DNA of 32,444 nucleotides, from positions 1-32,444 of IMG/VR virus record IMGVR_UViG_3300034521_000394; one strand, written 5' to 3'. Position 1 is the first letter of the stretch. Each line of letters opens with the position of its first letter. Source of the stretch: a virus. Taxonomy: Duplodnaviria; Caudoviricetes. The position numbers and the translations under genes were made by a program. The notes under the pieces were generated by a model that saw only the letters and a list, made by a program, of their open reading frames with translations, was not told where the DNA came from and searched no databases. Shown piece by piece: positions 28,199-32,444 of this stretch.

Positions 28199-30135
28199 AA
28201 ACGATACACTGTGATATTGAAACTTATAGTAGCGTCAATTTAGCAAAGTGTGGTGTGTATCCTTATGTTCAAGCAGATGATTTTGAGATTCTGTTGTTTG
28301 CCTATTCCACAGACGGAAGTGAGGTTAAAATAATCGATCTAGCCCGCGGTGAAAAGATACCACCAGTAATACTTTCTGCAATAGAAGATGATAAAGTTAT
28401 AAAATATGCTCATAATGCTTCCTTTGAGCGGATATGTTTCTCACGCTTTCTGGGATACCCAGTGGATAAGTATATTCCTCCTGAATCATGGAGGTGCACA
28501 ATGACATGGGCAGCATATATGGGGCTGCCGTTATCATTAGTAGGTGTGGGTGCGGTTCTTGGCCTTGGGAAGCAAAAAATGATGGAAGGTAAAGATCTGA
28601 TTCGTTTCTTTTGTTCTCCTTGTAGCCCAACTAAGGCAAATGGAAACCGCACAAGAAATTTACCATCTGATGACCCAGAAAAATGGGAGCGATTCAGCTC
28701 CTATAACACTCGTGACGTCGAAACTGAAATGGAGATTGAGCAGAAATTGATTAAATTTCCTGTGCCAGAATTCATATGGGATGAATACCATTTGAGTGAG
28801 AGAATTAACGATCGGGGCATAAAGGTAGATATGGACTTTGTAAAACAGGCCATTACTATGGATGAGATGTCACGCACCAAGCTGATGGATCAGATGCAGA
28901 AGGTAACAGAACTTAATAATCCAAACTCAGTGCAACAGATGAAAGGCTGGCTCTCTGAAAATGGTGTGGAAACAGATACGCTTGGTAAAAAAGCAGTAGC
29001 AGAGCTATTAAAAGACGCACCAGAGCATTTGGCTGAGGTGCTTAAACTCCGTCAGCAACTGGCAAAGTCATCTGTTAAGAAATATTCTGCAATGGAAAAT
29101 GCAGTCTGCAGTGATGGCAGGATTCGTGGCATGTTTACTTTTCTGGGCGCCAATCGGACAGGACGCTTCAGCTCAAAAATAGTGCAGCTGCAGAACCTGC
29201 CACAAAACCATATGCTGGATTTAAAAGAGGCACGAGGCATCGTAAAAAAAGGTGACTCTGAAGTTCTCGAAATGCTTTATGAAGATATACCAGATACTCT
29301 TTCACAGCTTATTCGGACAGCTTTTGTGCCAAAGAAAGGCTGTAAGTTTATAGTTGCCGACTTTTCTGCCATTGAGGCTCGTGTGCTGTCATGGCTTGCA
29401 GGTGAAGATTGGAGAAGTGAAGTATTTGCTAGCGGCGGTGATATTTACTGTGCATCCGCATCACAGATGTTTAATGTCCCGGTAGAAAAGCATGGTGTGA
29501 ATGGGCATTTAAGGCAGAAAGGCAAGATCGCAGAACTAGCCCTAGGTTATGGTGGATCAGTGGGAGCTTTAAAGGCTATGGGCGCACTGGATATGGGCCT
29601 TGAGGAGGAAGAATTAAAACCCCTAGTTAATGCCTGGAGGCAGGCCAATCCGTACATCGTAAAATTCTGGTGGGATGTGGATAGAGCAGCTAAGAAGTGC
29701 ATCAAAGAAAAGCAGTCTCAAGAAATACAAAATATTAAGTTTCATTACAGGAGTGGAATGCTCTTTATCGTTCTTCCTTCTGGTAGGCAGCTTGCCTATG
29801 TTAAACCAAAGATTGGTGAGAATATCTTCGGTGGTGAATCGGTCACTTACGAAGGTGTCGGTGCTACTAAAAAATGGGATCGACTTGAAAGTTATGGGCC
29901 TAAGTTTGTAGAAAACATTGTCCAAGCAATCTCTCGTGATATTTTGATGCATGCCATAAAGACTCTAAGCTCTTACCGCATTGTGGCTCATGTGCATGAT
30001 GAAGTTATTATTGAGGCGGATCCTAGCATGTCACTTGATAGGGTGTGCCAGCAGATGAGTAGAGTCCCTCCTTGGGCAGAGGGGTTGCTCCTTGATGCCG
30101 ATGGTTGTGAATGCGAATTTTATAAGAAAGATTAG
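28186..30135 (+). CDS. Phage DNA polymerase, family A, with 3'-5' exonuclease
   Basis: DIET, HNASFE; motif A DFSAIEAR, motif B RQKGKIAELALGYG, motif C HVHDE. Confidence 0.93.
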   Translation: MVEIKTIHCDIETYSSVNLAKCGVYPYVQADDFEILLFAYSTDGSEVKIIDLARGEKIPPVILSAIEDDKVIKYAHNASFERICFSRFLGYPVDKYIPPESWRCTMTWAAYMGLPLSLVGVGAVLGLGKQKMMEGKDLIRFFCSPCSPTKANGNRTRNLPSDDPEKWERFSSYNTRDVETEMEIEQKLIKFPVPEFIWDEYHLSERINDRGIKVDMDFVKQAITMDEMSRTKLMDQMQKVTELNNPNSVQQMKGWLSENGVETDTLGKKAVAELLKDAPEHLAEVLKLRQQLAKSSVKKYSAMENAVCSDGRIRGMFTFLGANRTGRFSSKIVQLQNLPQNHMLDLKEARGIVKKGDSEVLEMLYEDIPDTLSQLIRTAFVPKKGCKFIVADFSAIEARVLSWLAGEDWRSEVFASGGDIYCASASQMFNVPVEKHGVNGHLRQKGKIAELALGYGGSVGALKAMGALDMGLEEEELKPLVNAWRQANPYIVKFWWDVDRAAKKCIKEKQSQEIQNIKFHYRSGMLFIVLPSGRQLAYVKPKIGENIFGGESVTYEGVGATKKWDRLESYGPKFVENIVQAISRDILMHAIKTLSSYRIVAHVHDEVIIEADPSMSLDRVCQQMSRVPPWAEGLLLDADGCECEFYKKD

Positions 30136-30143
30136 TTAAACAA

Positions 30144-30190
30144 TCAGATTTCACCTCTTGCTGTGGCTACCAGGTAGGAGGTGTTTTTTT
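30144..30190 (+). promoter_or_regulatory. Motif B copy 2, overlapping an SD-masking/terminator hairpin
   Basis: TCAGATTTC-N11-TGGCTACCAG; CACCTC pairs with GAGGTG, followed by T7. Confidence 0.65.
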
Positions 30191-30406
30191 ATGAAGATTA
30201 TTGAAGTGAAAGATGGCAGCCCGATCAAGGGTGAGACAGAACCGATGACAGAGGAACAGTTGCAAAGAGAGTATGACTTTTATATAGCAGAAAGTATTAT
30301 CAGGATGCTTCAGAAAGAAGGCAAAATTACAGAGGATGAACGACAAAAAATATCAGCGTTAAACCGCCAGAAATTCTTACCAAAGCTAGCTGAGATTATG
30401 TCTTAA
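30191..30406 (+). CDS. SHOCT-like small protein preceding the recombinases
   Basis: ATG 30191 after GGAGGTG; MLQKEGKITEDE. Confidence 0.65.
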   Translation: MKIIEVKDGSPIKGETEPMTEEQLQREYDFYIAESIIRMLQKEGKITEDERQKISALNRQKFLPKLAEIMS

Positions 30407-30409
30407 ATC

Positions 30410-30444
30410 ACTTGCTATTAGTGGCTTTTAGAGTGATATATGTA
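30410..30444 (+). promoter_or_regulatory. Repeated promoter-like motif A, copy 3
   Basis: ACTTGCTATT-AGTGGCTT-TTAGAGTGATATATGTA. Confidence 0.75.
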
Positions 30445-30467
30445 ATGAAAGAAAGCGAGGTGAGACA

Positions 30468-32027
30468 ATGAAAAAGATAACGAAAATCGATGAACTTACA
30501 AGATCACAGTTATCGAAAAACAAGCTTCGAGTGGCCGCATATGCAAGGGTTTCAACAGATAGCGATGAACAGTTAGAAAGCCTTAAAGCTCAGCGGGAGC
30601 ACTATGAAAACTACATCAAATCCAATCCAGAATGGGAGTTTGCAGGGCTTTATTATGACGAAGGGATATCAGGGACGAAAAAGGAAAAACGACCTGAGCT
30701 TCTTCGCATGATTCGCGATTGCGAAAATGGGCGGATCGATTTTATTATCACCAAATCCATAAGCCGTTTTGCACGTAATACCACGGATTGCTTAGAGCTG
30801 GTAAGGCAGCTCTTAAATATCGGTGTGTTCATTTATTTTGAGAAAGAAAATCTAAATACTGGCGATATGGAAAGTGAACTGATGCTCTCAATTTTATCGG
30901 GATTTGCCGCAGAAGAGTCCGCGTCTATTTCACAGAATACCACATGGTCAATCAATAAAAAGTTTCAAAATGGCAACTACATTATTGGCAGCCCGCCTTA
31001 TGGTTATGCCAATGTGAACGGTGAGATGGTAATTGTGCCAAAAGAAGCAGAGATAGTTAAACGCATTTTTGCAGAGTGCCTTTCAGGCAAAGGTGGCAGT
31101 GTAATCGCAAAAGGTCTCAACAAAGACAAGATTCCAGCAAGTAGAGGAAACCATTGGAGCTCAGGTACAGTGATTGATATGCTCCGAAATGAAAAATATA
31201 AAGGGGATGCGCTTTTCCAAAAGACATACACGGATAGCAATTACAGTCGACGACCTAATAAAGGTGAGAAAGACCAATTTTACTGCAAGAATCATCATGA
31301 GCCTATCGTCAGCAAAGAAGTGTTTTCTAAGGCACAAAAGCTGATAACACAAAGAGCGAAGAGTAAGGCTGTTAACAAGAACGTGTACCAAAACAGATAT
31401 GTATTAAGCGGCAGAATCGTCTGTGGAGAATGCGGGTCCAAGTTTAGGAGAAAAACAAACTACTCTGCCGGTAGAAGTTATATCGCCTGGAGCTGCATAG
31501 GGCATATTGAAGACAAGGACAGCTGCTCCATGCTATTTATTCGGGATGGAGAGATAAAGGCTACCTTTGCCACCATGATGAATAAGCTTGCCTACAGCAG
31601 AAAGATTATCCTTGGGCCACTTTATGATGATATAAGTAAAAACCAAGAAGAGTGTGACCTTGAAAGAATTGATGCCATCGAGAAGCGAATGGAACAATTG
31701 ATCGAAGAGCGCAATACACTAATTGGTCTTATGACAAAAGGATTTCTGGAACCAGCTCTTTTTAGCAAGGAACGTAATGCTCTGGATAGTGAGATGAAAA
31801 ATCTTAACACTGAGAAGACGAACCTGGTCATGACCTTTACAAGTGGTACATCACAGGAAGATGAAGTAAAGGCGCTTCTTGATCATGTGTCAAAAGATAA
31901 GTTTGATGGTAACTATACGGACGAGGCATTTGAAAAGTTTGTAGAGAATATCATTGTAAATTCTAGGGACGAACTAACATTTAGAATGAAATGTGGACTT
32001 TCCCTGAAAGAAAGGGTGGTGAGGTAA
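30468..32027 (+). CDS. Large serine recombinase (integrase)
   Basis: YARVST catalytic Ser, DEGISG, SRFARN, recombinase domain, CGECG...WSC Zn ribbon, coiled coil. Confidence 0.95.
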   Translation: MKKITKIDELTRSQLSKNKLRVAAYARVSTDSDEQLESLKAQREHYENYIKSNPEWEFAGLYYDEGISGTKKEKRPELLRMIRDCENGRIDFIITKSISRFARNTTDCLELVRQLLNIGVFIYFEKENLNTGDMESELMLSILSGFAAEESASISQNTTWSINKKFQNGNYIIGSPPYGYANVNGEMVIVPKEAEIVKRIFAECLSGKGGSVIAKGLNKDKIPASRGNHWSSGTVIDMLRNEKYKGDALFQKTYTDSNYSRRPNKGEKDQFYCKNHHEPIVSKEVFSKAQKLITQRAKSKAVNKNVYQNRYVLSGRIVCGECGSKFRRKTNYSAGRSYIAWSCIGHIEDKDSCSMLFIRDGEIKATFATMMNKLAYSRKIILGPLYDDISKNQEECDLERIDAIEKRMEQLIEERNTLIGLMTKGFLEPALFSKERNALDSEMKNLNTEKTNLVMTFTSGTSQEDEVKALLDHVSKDKFDGNYTDEAFEKFVENIIVNSRDELTFRMKCGLSLKERVVR

Positions 32028-32444
32028 ATGGCTTATGTACCATACGGATATACAATTACAGAAGGTATTGTTACTGTCGATGAGAGGGCAGCAGATCAAG
32101 TGAGGGTTTTCTTTGAAAAATACATTTCAGGGCTTTCCCTAGCTGTGGCCGGTGAACAAGCAGGCATTGAAAAGACACATTCTTCCATGGGACTTATTTT
32201 GAAAAACGTCCATTATCTTGGTAATGAAGTGTATCCAGCGATCATCGATAAAGAAACATTCGATAAAGCTGAAGAAGTTAGAAGTAAACGTGCGAAGGAC
32301 TTAGGGCGGATTGCAGAGCTTGCAGCTTTCAGTGCTCCCCCACCTATAGAGCGATTTAAAGTGAGAAAATCAGAAGGTAAGCTTCCAGATGATCCAGTAG
32401 CGCGAGCGGAGTACCTGTATAGTCTGATAGAAAGCGAGGTTTAA
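32028..32444 (+). CDS. Small recombinase-domain protein without a catalytic domain
   Basis: VPYGY...ILKNVHYLG...YPAIIDKETFDKA; no YxRxS motif. Confidence 0.8.
   Translation: MAYVPYGYTITEGIVTVDERAADQVRVFFEKYISGLSLAVAGEQAGIEKTHSSMGLILKNVHYLGNEVYPAIIDKETFDKAEEVRSKRAKDLGRIAELAAFSAPPPIERFKVRKSEGKLPDDPVARAEYLYSLIESEV

Larger units (their letters stand above)
1..32444 (+). mobile_element. Temperate siphovirus-like prophage (HK97-type head, serine recombinases); both ends lie outside the window
   Basis: Co-directional run of replication, packaging, head, tail, lysis and recombinase genes; no att sites identified. Confidence 0.95.

Noticed and set aside
1-32444. tRNA, rRNA or riboswitch (e.g. SAM box before metK)
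   Set aside because: None recognisable by eye; only ~20 nt separate terS and metK. An Infernal/Rfam scan would be needed to exclude small RNAs

Overview
The window is almost entirely one temperate siphovirus-type prophage of a Firmicutes host (probably Clostridia), with all credible genes on the + strand. Order: primase/VapE-type helicase, putative origin, VRR-NUC nuclease, split SNF2 helicase, late activator, HNH, small terminase, a ~4.4 kb accessory block (MetK, ParB-fused DNA methyltransferase, five small genes), large terminase, HK97-type head, tail, holin and endolysin, a replication block (PD-(D/E)XK nuclease, SSB, NUMOD4-HNH, family A polymerase) and serine recombinases. The most unusual signals are: (1) a recurring design in which promoter-like DNA pairs with and would mask the downstream Shine-Dalgarno (SD) in read-through RNA, found at three Cys-rich moron genes with CATA-type -10 elements and at a second promoter family; (2) an SNF2 helicase cut inside its Walker A loop by a TTGA stop/start overlap; (3) a 35-bp motif repeated three times; (4) an apparent ATC start for the large terminase; (5) a -1 frameshift in the tail chaperone. 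Family names are recognised from motifs and memory, not from database searches. Base pairings were read by eye, not computed.
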